A stretch of DNA of 64,000 nucleotides from Candidatus Binatia bacterium (GTDB lineage: Bacteria; Desulfobacterota; Binatia; UBA9968; CAXXLF01). The notes below the pieces were generated by a model. That model was not told where the DNA came from and searched no databases. It worked only from the letters and a program-made list of their open reading frames with translations. A program made the translations under genes and the position numbers. How positions within the stretch are numbered: the stretch's first letter is position 1; each line of letters begins with the position of its first letter. The stretch is taken from assembly GCA_963664015.2 (NCBI GenBank), contig CAXXLF010000002.1, forward strand, positions 416,001-480,000, read 5' to 3'. Of the stretch, positions 1-9,154 are shown piece after piece.

Positions 1-788
1 ACCCTCGGGCCGTAAAGAAACTCGTCTGAGTGCATCTGCCCTCCCTCGCCGATCCCCCAGGTCATTTCGACGACGTCGAAATGGCCGTAACCGTTAAAAC
101 CTATTAGCCCGGCGGCACCCTCTTCGAATTCGAGGAAGGCCGAATAGTTCCCTTCGATGTCGAAGATTGGCATGGCACGCCCGACCATCGCACGAAGGCT
201 CCGGATCTTCCCGCCGGCGAGGTAGCGCGTAATGTCCATCTGGTGGGGGCCCTGTCGGAATACCACACCACCGCCCTTTTTCTCGTCGACCTCCGCGGCC
301 AGCATCGGCCGGATCATCCAATCGTTGTACATCCAGGTATGGAGCTGGATGACGCGGCCCAACCGGCCACTGGCGATGATCTCTCCCATCTTCCGGAAGG
401 TAGGCCGAAAAATCTTACTGTGGCCCTGGACGAACCGGACGTTGTTTCGCTCCACCGCTTCGATCATCCGATTGGCCTCGTCCAGGGATATGGCCATGGG
501 CTTCTCGCCAATCACGTGTTTTCCGTGCTCGGCGGCGATGATTGCGTGCTGCGCGTGCAGTTCATTGGGCGTAGCAACGTAGACTACGTTGATATCCGCC
601 TTGCGGCACATCTCCTCGTAGTCGGTGTAGGTATCGAGCCCGAATCGCTTCTTAAAAAAATCCAACTCCTCATGACGCAGGTCGCAAACCGCCACCAGCT
701 TGGTATCTTTGCAGGCCATCAAGCCGGGGATCACGATCCTTGCCGCAGCCCCGAGGCCAACCATGCCTACACGAAACTCATATGCCAT
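1..788 (-). CDS. Gfo/Idh/MocA oxidoreductase, phthalate 4,5-cis-dihydrodiol dehydrogenase-like (runs off left edge; not in ORF track)
   Basis: Manual translation from ATG 788: MAYEFRVGMVGLGAA...VATPNELHAQH...GKHVIGEKPMA...GGGVVFRQGPHQMD...FNGYGHFD; Rossmann GxG and EKP motifs. Confidence 0.85.
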   Translation of the reverse strand, partial: MAYEFRVGMVGLGAAARIVIPGLMACKDTKLVAVCDLRHEELDFFKKRFGLDTYTDYEEMCRKADINVVYVATPNELHAQHAIIAAEHGKHVIGEKPMAISLDEANRMIEAVERNNVRFVQGHSKIFRPTFRKMGEIIASGRLGRVIQLHTWMYNDWMIRPMLAAEVDEKKGGGVVFRQGPHQMDITRYLAGGKIRSLRAMVGRAMPIFDIEGNYSAFLEFEEGAAGLIGFNGYGHFDVVEMTWGIGEGGQMHSDEFLYGPR

Positions 789-825
789 AAATGATTCCCC
801 TTACGAGTTAAAATAAGTTTTCGAA

Positions 826-2076
826 TTAACGAGGTCCCGGCCTCGCAGATCCTACGGGCACCTCGAACTCTTCGAACTTGTCATCGAAGACTTGCTCGGT
901 GGATAGCCGCGGCCCGTTGTAAGCATTTCGGCCCGCCCCCGTTCGCCTCTCTCGAAAAGGGGTCCAGGCCTCCAACTCGATGGATTCGTTTTGGGCCGGG
1001 TCCCAAATCAGTGCCATAGGATCCCCTCCCTTTTCTACGATCCCAATCTGTTCTTTTAACATCTCGCGGAACATGAGGATGCCGCGGTCGGAAACGCCCA
1101 GATTCTCTCCGGAACGATCGTAGAGGCGCCCCTGGGACTCCCAGGCCATACCGTCCTGGGAGGCAAAAGTGCGCATATGGTATTCTCCATCCTCACGCTG
1201 CCACGCCTCGTCGTACTCAACGGGGGGCTCGTCGGGCTGCTCCACCGGCTTCCCATCGGGAGACGCATTAAACGCAACGTGAAAGATCGTCGTACTGTAA
1301 TCGTCGATTGAGACACGCCAGTGAAGTGTGCTCATGACGTCGGTCTGGCGCAGCATGTTAGGAAACAGGAGAAAATTTCCCCACCCTCGACCGGCTTTTG
1401 CTCCCTCGAACTCCCATGTCTTGATGAGACCCCAGGGACAGGGTTGGAAGCCGTAGCGTGCAAACGGCCGTGTAAAGAAGCCCACTTCATTATCCCGCCC
1501 CTTTCTCTTGATCGCCTGGCCGTGAAGAAAAAAGGTATGGACAAAGTCCGCCGTATTCTCCTCCGCCTGAAGCCAGTTGCAGTTGAGTACGGGACGAATC
1601 TGGAGTTTCCGGACCCCATGATTCCACGCCAGAACATCCCAATGGGGAAGAAGAGGTTTTTTTTCCGGGGGCCCCAGGTACGCAAACAGCAACCCGGCCA
1701 GCTTTTCCACCGGGTAGGCCCGATGACGAATGCTCTCTTTGAATCGCGGGTTCGGCTCGAATGGCTGCTCGACACAGGTTCCCTCGCTATTGTACAACCA
1801 ACCGTGGTACGGGCACCGAATACAACCGTTCTCTATGAAGCCATAATACAGAGATGTCCCTCGATGAGAGCAGTGCTCTGCCACCAGCCCATAGCCCCCA
1901 TTGCCGTCCCGGTACAATAGCAGGTCTTCCCCCATAATTTTTACCCGTTTCTTGGGGTTCTGTTCCGACAACTCGCAGGTAGCCGCCACCGGATGCCAAT
2001 AACGGCGCAACAGGTTCCCGCACGGGGTCCCGGGTCCCACCCGCGTGATCAAATCGTTTTCCTCTTTCGAAAGCAT
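826..2076 (-). CDS. Rieske non-heme iron oxygenase alpha subunit (phthalate dioxygenase/LigX-like)
   Basis: Rieske motifs CSH and CPYHGW; iron motif ENTADFVHTFFLH and SQD; N-terminal VGPGTPCGNLLRRYWHP. Confidence 0.92.
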   Translation of the reverse strand: MLSKEENDLITRVGPGTPCGNLLRRYWHPVAATCELSEQNPKKRVKIMGEDLLLYRDGNGGYGLVAEHCSHRGTSLYYGFIENGCIRCPYHGWLYNSEGTCVEQPFEPNPRFKESIRHRAYPVEKLAGLLFAYLGPPEKKPLLPHWDVLAWNHGVRKLQIRPVLNCNWLQAEENTADFVHTFFLHGQAIKRKGRDNEVGFFTRPFARYGFQPCPWGLIKTWEFEGAKAGRGWGNFLLFPNMLRQTDVMSTLHWRVSIDDYSTTIFHVAFNASPDGKPVEQPDEPPVEYDEAWQREDGEYHMRTFASQDGMAWESQGRLYDRSGENLGVSDRGILMFREMLKEQIGIVEKGGDPMALIWDPAQNESIELEAWTPFRERRTGAGRNAYNGPRLSTEQVFDDKFEEFEVPVGSARPGPR

Positions 2077-2142
2077 AGTCCCCTCCCGTTAACGAAACTT
2101 GAGCCTACTCCCTGGATCGCGTTCCAATTACGGCCCGACCGT

Positions 2143-3102
2143 CTAGGGATTTTGATCCTCGATCCAAAGGCTACCCAGGTTGTCTATGGGTTTGATAAAC
2201 TGGTCCGCCGCCGAATACCGCGCTGTAGTCTGGATAACCTTCAGGTTGCTCTGTACGTCGAAGGGAAACGGGTCTTCGCCTAGAATGGCATTTTGTTCTC
2301 TGAGGTCATACTTGCACAGAGTAAGGGATCCTCCGGGGAACCGGTTTCTCCACTGGTACCACATGGCCTTACTCTTCGAATAGGCCTCGGTTAAGTACCG
2401 CGCGACCCATGGGTGTCTATCGATGATTTCTTGTTTTACGACAACCGTATGCATGATGGGGAACAGGCCGGTCTGCCTGTAATAGCGAATCTCTTCGGCC
2501 TTTGTGTCATCGAAGAGGGGGACCACGTTTTCGGACTGAGGCGGGTGCCAGCACATGGCGGCAGCCAGCTCCCCTTCTGCCAACAGATCCCCGTTGGTCT
2601 TGCCGTCAGGGGCGCGCTCCACCTTGACACCGGGCGCAACCCCGAGATCCATCTTCTCCGGGAAATCCGTCACCCAGGTCACGTCCGTTCGCTCTACGCC
2701 GTAAAACTCTTCGAAAACCCCCCGAACCCACATGGGCCTAGTGGCTTGATGTTGGGGTACCCCGACCTTCTTTCCAACCAGATCCGCCGGTCCCTTAATA
2801 CCCGAGTTCTTGTTTTTGAACATAAAGGAATGAATAAACAAACGGTTCAGAAAGACAGGAACGGCAACGATGGGAATTCCCCGCTGCCGCGCCACGAGAT
2901 AGTGAGCCGTGGACATTTCCGCCGCGTCGAACTCGAGCTTCAGCATGCGCCGGAAGATTGCATCCACGTTGATAAAATCCGACAGGACGTTGAGATTGAT
3001 ACCCTCGACGTCAACGAGACCGTTGATCAACGGCTGGGTGATGTCGTAGATACCGCTTGCCAGCGTAATGGAGAGACGATTGTCCTTGGATGTACCCGCC
3101 AT
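2143..3102 (-). CDS. 4,5-dihydroxyphthalate decarboxylase-like protein (periplasmic binding protein fold)
   Basis: Motifs FDAAEMS, PVFLNR, DLVGKKVG, YYRQTGLFPIMHTVVVK, DPFP; AGGAG RBS before ATG 3102. Confidence 0.8.
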   Translation of the reverse strand: MAGTSKDNRLSITLASGIYDITQPLINGLVDVEGINLNVLSDFINVDAIFRRMLKLEFDAAEMSTAHYLVARQRGIPIVAVPVFLNRLFIHSFMFKNKNSGIKGPADLVGKKVGVPQHQATRPMWVRGVFEEFYGVERTDVTWVTDFPEKMDLGVAPGVKVERAPDGKTNGDLLAEGELAAAMCWHPPQSENVVPLFDDTKAEEIRYYRQTGLFPIMHTVVVKQEIIDRHPWVARYLTEAYSKSKAMWYQWRNRFPGGSLTLCKYDLREQNAILGEDPFPFDVQSNLKVIQTTARYSAADQFIKPIDNLGSLWIEDQNP

Positions 3103-3175
3103 ACAAACTCCTGTTTGCGTATAAATGGTTAAACGTTGCTTGATCAGCCTAGAACCAACCGCAACAATTTGAACG

Positions 3176-3734
3176 CTATCTTCTCTTCCTAGCCGCCTTA
3201 CCCGCGTCAGCTCTCGCTTTAGCCACAAATTTCTTTAAGTCGCTCACATCCCTATACTTGTGCAGGCTCTTGAGCAGATACCCTCCAGCTGCTTTGGGGG
3301 CGGAAACCTTATTGGTGAGCATGTTTTTGGGGATCAGCGTACAGGTGTTGTTTTTTAAACCAGAGGGACGGGTCCGTGTTTTCCGGCAAGATCAACCGAG
3401 GTGGAATCGGTTCAAAGAAACTTTTTGCGGCTAAAATCCCGCCTGTTCCGGAACCTCCGATATAAATGTCCGCGAGAACTTCCCCCGCTCTGCGCTCGGC
3501 ACCCATACGGTTGGAGTGCTGGCTTCCCCCACCTGGAACATCGACCATCCTGACCTTGGGATAGACCTTTTTAAATGTCTCAATGGCATTAATGTACTGT
3601 GTCCCCGGAGGTCCGTGGACCTTAATCTGTCCCTCTTTCCGGTCAGCGGCCAGTGTCTTTTCCCAGTCGGCCTTCCAATCCGCTTGTGCTGTCACCTGAA
3701 AAAACGACAAGATCAGAGCCAGGAAGGCGCTCAA
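3176..3734 (-). pseudogene. Extracellular solute-binding protein remnant with internal deletion
   Basis: Signal peptide plus WKADWEKTLAADRKEG N-terminus ends at 3309; a C-terminus-like segment (LTNKVSAPKAAGGYLL...RKRR*) follows in another frame. Confidence 0.6.
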
Positions 3735-3914
3735 AAACAGGCTAAACCTCGCTCGATCTAATATCGGATACCTCTATGCAAATTATGATTTTGGGAGCAG
3801 AGGGGAGTTTATTGGGAACGACCGACACTGTCAAACCCCAGTTGTGGATCGGACGATAGGAGACGGAGAGGGATGCTTGGGCCAATGGCATCCCCTTTTT
3901 TTTAGCTGCCAAGA

Positions 3915-4892
3915 CTACCAGAGTGGGTTTATTTCTTCCCAGTCGAGAGTCGAAGGGACGAATAGCTCGTCGACAGTGACTCGCTTGCGCATGATCCCCT
4001 GCTGGAGGCAGTAATCGATCTCCTTCTCGAGCACATGCCGGTTGGCCTTCAAACCGTAGGCCCAAAAGTCCCCGAATGTATCCCTTTGCTCCTCCCAGCG
4101 TTGGTGATGCCAGATCAAGCTCGGACTCTGCTGGCGTGATAAATGCTCATGGGCAATTTTTCTGGCCTTCGCCCAGGCCTTGGCCAGGCTTATCGCGACC
4201 CATGGGTAACGCTCCAGGATCTCGTCCTTGATCACGACGCAATGCATGATGGGGAAGATATTCGTTTTCCGAAAGTAGGCGATTTCCTCCTCCTGGTAAT
4301 CGGGGAAGAGACGGCGGAATCCAGGCATTTTCTGCTTCACGGCGGGCGGCTCCGGCGGATAGATCAGCACGTCAAACTCACCCCGCTCGAAGGCCGGTGG
4401 GAGGGTCCCGCCCTCGGGCTGGCGCTCGACCTTGATTCCGGAAGGCGGCTCCCAGTTGGGGACCTCGTCCTCCCGTTCCGTCACCCAGGTACAGCCGCTA
4501 AAATCGACCCCGTACTCCTCGCTTAGAATCCCCCTGGCCCAAACGCCGGTGCTGTTTGTATAATGGGATGTCCCAATACGCCGCCCCTCGAGATCCTTGG
4601 GCTTTTGAAGATCCGGTCGCTCCCGGATAAAGATCGATTCCTGACGGAACTGGCGGTGAGGAAAAACCGGGATCGCCGTAATGGGTAACCCACGTTCCTT
4701 GGCCGGTAGATATGTCGCCATCGAGTACTCGCAGGCGTCGAAATCCAGATTGCGGGTCATCCGGTCGTGTCGCTCAGGAGGCATCAGCACGATCGTATTT
4801 AAATCGATTCCATCCGGCTCCACGGTACCATCGATTAGGGGACGGGCTCGATCCAGGTTGGAACACGAGAATGTGAGCTTCAACTTACCCAT
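3915..4892 (-). CDS. 4,5-dihydroxyphthalate decarboxylase-like protein (second paralog)
   Basis: DRARPLIDGTVEPDGIDL, FDACEYS, PVFPHRQFR, IFPIMHCVVIK, WAYGLKANR. Confidence 0.85.
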   Translation of the reverse strand: MGKLKLTFSCSNLDRARPLIDGTVEPDGIDLNTIVLMPPERHDRMTRNLDFDACEYSMATYLPAKERGLPITAIPVFPHRQFRQESIFIRERPDLQKPKDLEGRRIGTSHYTNSTGVWARGILSEEYGVDFSGCTWVTEREDEVPNWEPPSGIKVERQPEGGTLPPAFERGEFDVLIYPPEPPAVKQKMPGFRRLFPDYQEEEIAYFRKTNIFPIMHCVVIKDEILERYPWVAISLAKAWAKARKIAHEHLSRQQSPSLIWHHQRWEEQRDTFGDFWAYGLKANRHVLEKEIDYCLQQGIMRKRVTVDELFVPSTLDWEEINPLW

Positions 4893-5015
4893 CCGTTCTT
4901 CTCCTCAATTTCTATTCATGTAAGGAAGCCTCCGAAGGCGTACGCCAGTCGTATCCTACCGTACAAAATCCCACAGCCGTGGATCTTACCCGCAAAAGGG
5001 CCGAAACACTGTTCA

Positions 5016-6192
5016 TTACGCATCACGTTCTTTGGTCGGTCCCACCTCACCAGTGCACCAGGGAACAAAGGCCTTCATTCTGCACGGTGCCCCGTGGGCT
5101 TCGAGCTCCTTCTCGAAAATCTCGTGCATCTGCCGATCCTCGTCCTCGTACTCGATCTGCCAGCCACCCTCCTTGATGCTCGTGTTACTGCCTTCGCCAC
5201 GGACGTTGGGGTCGAAGGTGCCCATATTCCCCCTCTTGAGGGCCAGATAACGGGCCCGATTGGTCCCCGTGTTAAAATGCTGGTGGAAGCAGTTGTCATT
5301 GGGGACGACCACCATCGAACCGAACTGCCAGTCGCACTTGATCATGTCCGAACGGTCTTCCTTGGTCCAGACCATCGAATAGCCACCGGTTCCGTTGAGC
5401 AGTACGAGATGGGCCCCCGGTCCGTGGCAGTGGGCTTTCTTATACGTGCCAATGGGAAACTCGGAGATATGGCTCTTCATATTGTTACTGGCCATCTCCA
5501 AGCGGGCGTTGATACCACCGGCGCCCCGTTCCTTGTACCCATACAACGGCATATCCGGGGCGTTGGCGATGAAGTTGGACTCCCACACTCTTCGGTTGAA
5601 TAGCTTGCCATTACCGCTGAAATAGTCGTCTTCGCCGGCGTAGCGGGAATGGAACTTGAAATCGCTATTGGAAAATGAATTTGTTATCGCGGAACATTCG
5701 CATCATGGGAGGCGCGTTGGTCACCGCCAGGTAGCGCAGAGGCTCATCCCCACTGCCATTAAAGTTCTGGTACCAGGCGTTGAGCGGAATGCAAAAGAGA
5801 CTGCCCGCCTGCCACTCAAAGGTCTGCTTGTGTTTCTCATCTTGCCAGATGGTCGTCGCCCCGCGTCCCGAGACGACATAAATGGTCATTTCGTACATAT
5901 GGTGCTCCGGCTCGGACTTGCCCCCGGGGCCGATCTCGACCACATGACAGTCGTTAAGCAAGAGCGGGTTCTTGATATGAATAACTGCGCCGCTGCCTCC
6001 CTTGCGCTCCCACGGCCCTAGCTCAATCTTGGCCAGACTCGGGAAGTAAAACTCCTCATAGACTTTGACACCCTCATCCTTCAGCCACGCCTCGTACGCG
6101 TCGTAGACCGAAAACTCTGGTAAGCCCTCGGTGGGTGTATCGGCGACCTTCATGTCGGTACCTTCCATAATTCCTTCCATGGACATAGTCAA
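5016..6192 (-). pseudogene. Bicupin protein, frameshifted paralog of 6249-7421
   Basis: ORFs 5665-6192 and 5016-5588 are collinear with the intact copy; one extra base near 5670 (TTCCAATAG instead of TTC AAT AGC). Confidence 0.8.
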
Positions 6193-6248
6193 AATCCTCC
6201 TCTAAGACGACTAGGTTTGTTCTAACAGGTTACGCAACCGGTAGTTGC

Positions 6249-7421
6249 TTATGCATCGCGCGAGCTGGTGGGACCCGTCTCGCCGGTGCAATAAGGGATA
6301 AAAGCTTTCATCCTGCACGGGGCAGCGTGGGCTTTCAAATCCTTCTCGAAAATTTCGTGGATCTCGCGCTCTTCGTCCTCGTATTCGATCTGCCAACCGC
6401 CTTCCTTGATGCTGGTGTAGCTCCCGCTCGCCTGGCCACCACCTCCAGGCGAACTGATGCCCATGTTCCCAGGCCTGAGGGCCAGATAGCGGGCCCGATT
6501 GGTTCCGGTGTTGAAGTGCTGATGGAAACAGTTATCGTTCGGCACCACAACCATGGACCCGTACTGCCAGTCACATTTCACCATGTCCGAACGGTCCTCC
6601 TTGGTCCAGACGAGAGAATACCCGCCGGTGCCGCTGAGCAGTACCAGATGTGCGCCAGGACCATGACGGTGAGCCTTCTTATAGGTACCGATAGAAAACT
6701 CTGAGATGTGGTTCTTCATATTGTTCTCGCCCATCTCCAAATGGGCGTTGATCCCCCCAGCCCCCCGCTCCTTATAGCCATAGAGGGGCATATCCGGGGC
6801 GTTGGCAATAAAATTGGACTCCCAGATCCTCTTTTTATAGAGCTTGCCTTTCCCGCTGAAGTAGTCATCCTCTCCCTCATAGCGGGAACGAAACTTGAAG
6901 TCACAGTTGAAGATGAAATCCAGATCCCGGTAAAGACGCATCACGGGAGGCGCGTTGGTCACCGCGAGGTATCGAAGGGATTGGTCGCCGCTACCGTTAA
7001 AGTTTTGGTACCGGGCGTTAAGGGGAATGCAGAAGAGACTTCCAGTATGCCATTCGAAGGTTTGCTTCTGATTTTCCTCGTTCCAGACGGTGGTAGCCCC
7101 GTTACCCGAGATCACATAGATGGTCAGCTCGTACATGTGGTGTTCCGGTTCCGACTTGCCCCCCGGTTTGATTTCCACCACGTGACAATCGTTTGGCATA
7201 TTTTTGTTTTTTATGTGAATCACCGCACCGCTGCCGCCCTTCCGTTCCCAGGGCCCCAGTTCCATATTGACCAGGCTCTCGACGTAAAAGTCCTCGTAAA
7301 CTTTGACGCCTTCCTTCGCCAGCCATTCTTGGTAACCGTCTTTGGTGACAAACTCCGTGAGGCCTTCCTTGGGAGTTTCCGCAGTCTTCATATCCGTACC
7401 AATCATTACACCTTCGTCCAT
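6249..7421 (-). CDS. Bicupin protein (gentisate-dioxygenase-like architecture)
   Basis: Two cupin repeats: EPEHHMYE..GxG and KKAHRHGPGAH...FHQHFN; AGGAGG upstream. Confidence 0.8.
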   Translation of the reverse strand: MDEGVMIGTDMKTAETPKEGLTEFVTKDGYQEWLAKEGVKVYEDFYVESLVNMELGPWERKGGSGAVIHIKNKNMPNDCHVVEIKPGGKSEPEHHMYELTIYVISGNGATTVWNEENQKQTFEWHTGSLFCIPLNARYQNFNGSGDQSLRYLAVTNAPPVMRLYRDLDFIFNCDFKFRSRYEGEDDYFSGKGKLYKKRIWESNFIANAPDMPLYGYKERGAGGINAHLEMGENNMKNHISEFSIGTYKKAHRHGPGAHLVLLSGTGGYSLVWTKEDRSDMVKCDWQYGSMVVVPNDNCFHQHFNTGTNRARYLALRPGNMGISSPGGGGQASGSYTSIKEGGWQIEYEDEEREIHEIFEKDLKAHAAPCRMKAFIPYCTGETGPTSSRDA

Positions 7422-7557
7422 GATAGTTCCCCTCCTGCAAGACAATTAGCAACAATTGACCTATTGGGTTTTATGCCACGAAACCAATCGCGACCACACT
7501 GCGAGTGGTCGCTGACCGGGTCAACAGCATACATTCAAATGGGACCGAGTGCCAGAG

Positions 7558-7710
7558 TTACGCTTTTGAGGTGGATGCAATATCCGCCGCTATGGGTGGA
7601 TCCTCCTTGGGCAACGGGGCGCCGGCCTTCTTCGCCCTTTCCAAGTTCACGGGACTGTACTTTCCTGACGTTCCCGTCGAAACCCTGGCTGTGCGTCGGG
7701 TGTAACCATA
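7558..7710 (-). pseudogene. Detached 3' end of the Rieske gene at 9149-10417
   Basis: Removing 7713-9154 plus one CG restores the frame: ...GDVVYA-YGYTRRTARVSTGTSGKYSPV...STSKA*. Confidence 0.8.
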
Positions 7711-7712
7711 CG

Positions 7713-9154
7713 TATTGCGCCATGTATAATCTAACCCAAGGGCGATACGTTGCGCCATTTGTGATTCTAACCCTCCAAGGGCTCACATTAGAGCTCAAGG
7801 AGGGCAACAATGGAAGGGTTCACCATGGCACGACGATCCAAGCAGGAGTATTTACGATCCATCTATGATCGTTATCAGCACGCACCACGGGCACAGAAGG
7901 GAACGATGCTAGAGGAATTCTGCAAGGTTTACGGCTACAACCGCAAATATGCCATCTGGCTTTTAAACCGGCCCTTGCCCGAGGCAACTGTACGCAAACG
8001 GGGTGCACCTCGCTCTCCTACATACAATCGGGCAATGGTAAGGATTTTGGCAAAGGTGTGGGAGGCCTCGGGGTATCTGTGCTCCCAACGTCTGAAGGCC
8101 GCCCTTGTACACTGGTTGCCCTGGATAAGGCAACACTTCGAGCTGACCCAACCGTTAGAGGATCAGCTCCTGGCCATCAGCGCCCGTCAGATGGATCGGC
8201 GCCTGAGGGAAACCAAGCACATCGTGAAACGCCGACTCTATGGCACCACTCGGCCCGGATCGCTACTAAAGCAGATGATCCCGATTAAGACCGATCACTG
8301 GGATGTGAACCGGCCGGGCTATCTGGAGATTGACCTGGTGTCACACTCAGGGGCCTCAGCGGTTGGGGAGTTTGTCCATAGTCTGGACTGTGTCGACATT
8401 GCTACCTGCTGGGTAGAGCGCAAGGCCGTCATGGGTAAGAGCGCTTTGGGTGTCTTGAATGCGGTCACCGAGATCGAACACCAGCTTCCTTTTCCCCTCA
8501 AGGGGATCGACTCCGACAACGGCAGTGAGTTTATCAACAACCGCCTTCTTGCCTTCTGTCAACAACGCCCAGCTGGCCACACCATTCAGTTCACCCGCTC
8601 GCGTCCCTACAAAAAAGATGACAACGCGCACATCGAGCAGAAAAACTGGACCCATGTCAGAAAGCTTATGGGCTGGGATCGCTACGACACCGCAAAGGCC
8701 CAAGAGGCCGCCAACCAGCTCTATGATGAGCTTAGGATCTTCCAGAATCTGTTCCAGCCCTCCATGAAGCTGCGATGCAAGATCCGTATAGGCTCTCGAC
8801 TTATTCGCCGCTATGACACGCCTCGTACCCCGTTCGAACGGGTCGTGGAGTCCCGAAAGGGAGACCCCAAAAAGCTGGCAGCCCTCAAGCACACGCTTAA
8901 GACAACTGATCCCTTCGAGCTCTCTACCCGAATCGATCAGCAACTGCAGCGGATCTACAAGCTGGCCAGCCATGCAGACAGAGCCCCACGAGAGAGACCA
9001 CCGCTGAAACAAACGCCGTGGAGAAACTGGACCTTCAGCAAGAAACTACAGCGCCAACAACAGGACATGAAACGACAGATGCGAGACGACTTCGGTTAGA
9101 TTTTGTAATGACGCAACGAATCCCGCTAGGGTTAGATTTTTTGATGGCTTAACA
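7713..9154 (+). mobile_element. Insertion sequence, 1442 bp, with doubled terminal motifs; CG flanks both ends
   Basis: Left GCCATGTATAATCTAACC (7719-7736) and GCCATTTGTGATTCTAACC (7754-7772) are mirrored by inverted copies at 9130-9148 and 9094-9112; CG at 7711-7712 and 9155-9156. Confidence 0.85.
7810..9099 (+). CDS. DDE (rve/integrase-core) transposase
   Basis: EIDLVSH, IDSDNGSEFIN, FTRSRPYKKDDNAHIEQKN. Confidence 0.9.
   Translation: MEGFTMARRSKQEYLRSIYDRYQHAPRAQKGTMLEEFCKVYGYNRKYAIWLLNRPLPEATVRKRGAPRSPTYNRAMVRILAKVWEASGYLCSQRLKAALVHWLPWIRQHFELTQPLEDQLLAISARQMDRRLRETKHIVKRRLYGTTRPGSLLKQMIPIKTDHWDVNRPGYLEIDLVSHSGASAVGEFVHSLDCVDIATCWVERKAVMGKSALGVLNAVTEIEHQLPFPLKGIDSDNGSEFINNRLLAFCQQRPAGHTIQFTRSRPYKKDDNAHIEQKNWTHVRKLMGWDRYDTAKAQEAANQLYDELRIFQNLFQPSMKLRCKIRIGSRLIRRYDTPRTPFERVVESRKGDPKKLAALKHTLKTTDPFELSTRIDQQLQRIYKLASHADRAPRERPPLKQTPWRNWTFSKKLQRQQQDMKRQMRDDFG

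Noticed and set aside
243-794. Long antisense ORFs here and at 6708-7868, 26647-27639 and 53555-54280
   Set aside because: Shadow frames of well-supported genes on the opposite strand.
7713-7730. IS circle-junction promoter (TTAACA at right end plus TATAAT at left end)
   Set aside because: With a 2-bp spacer the boxes would be only 14 bp apart.
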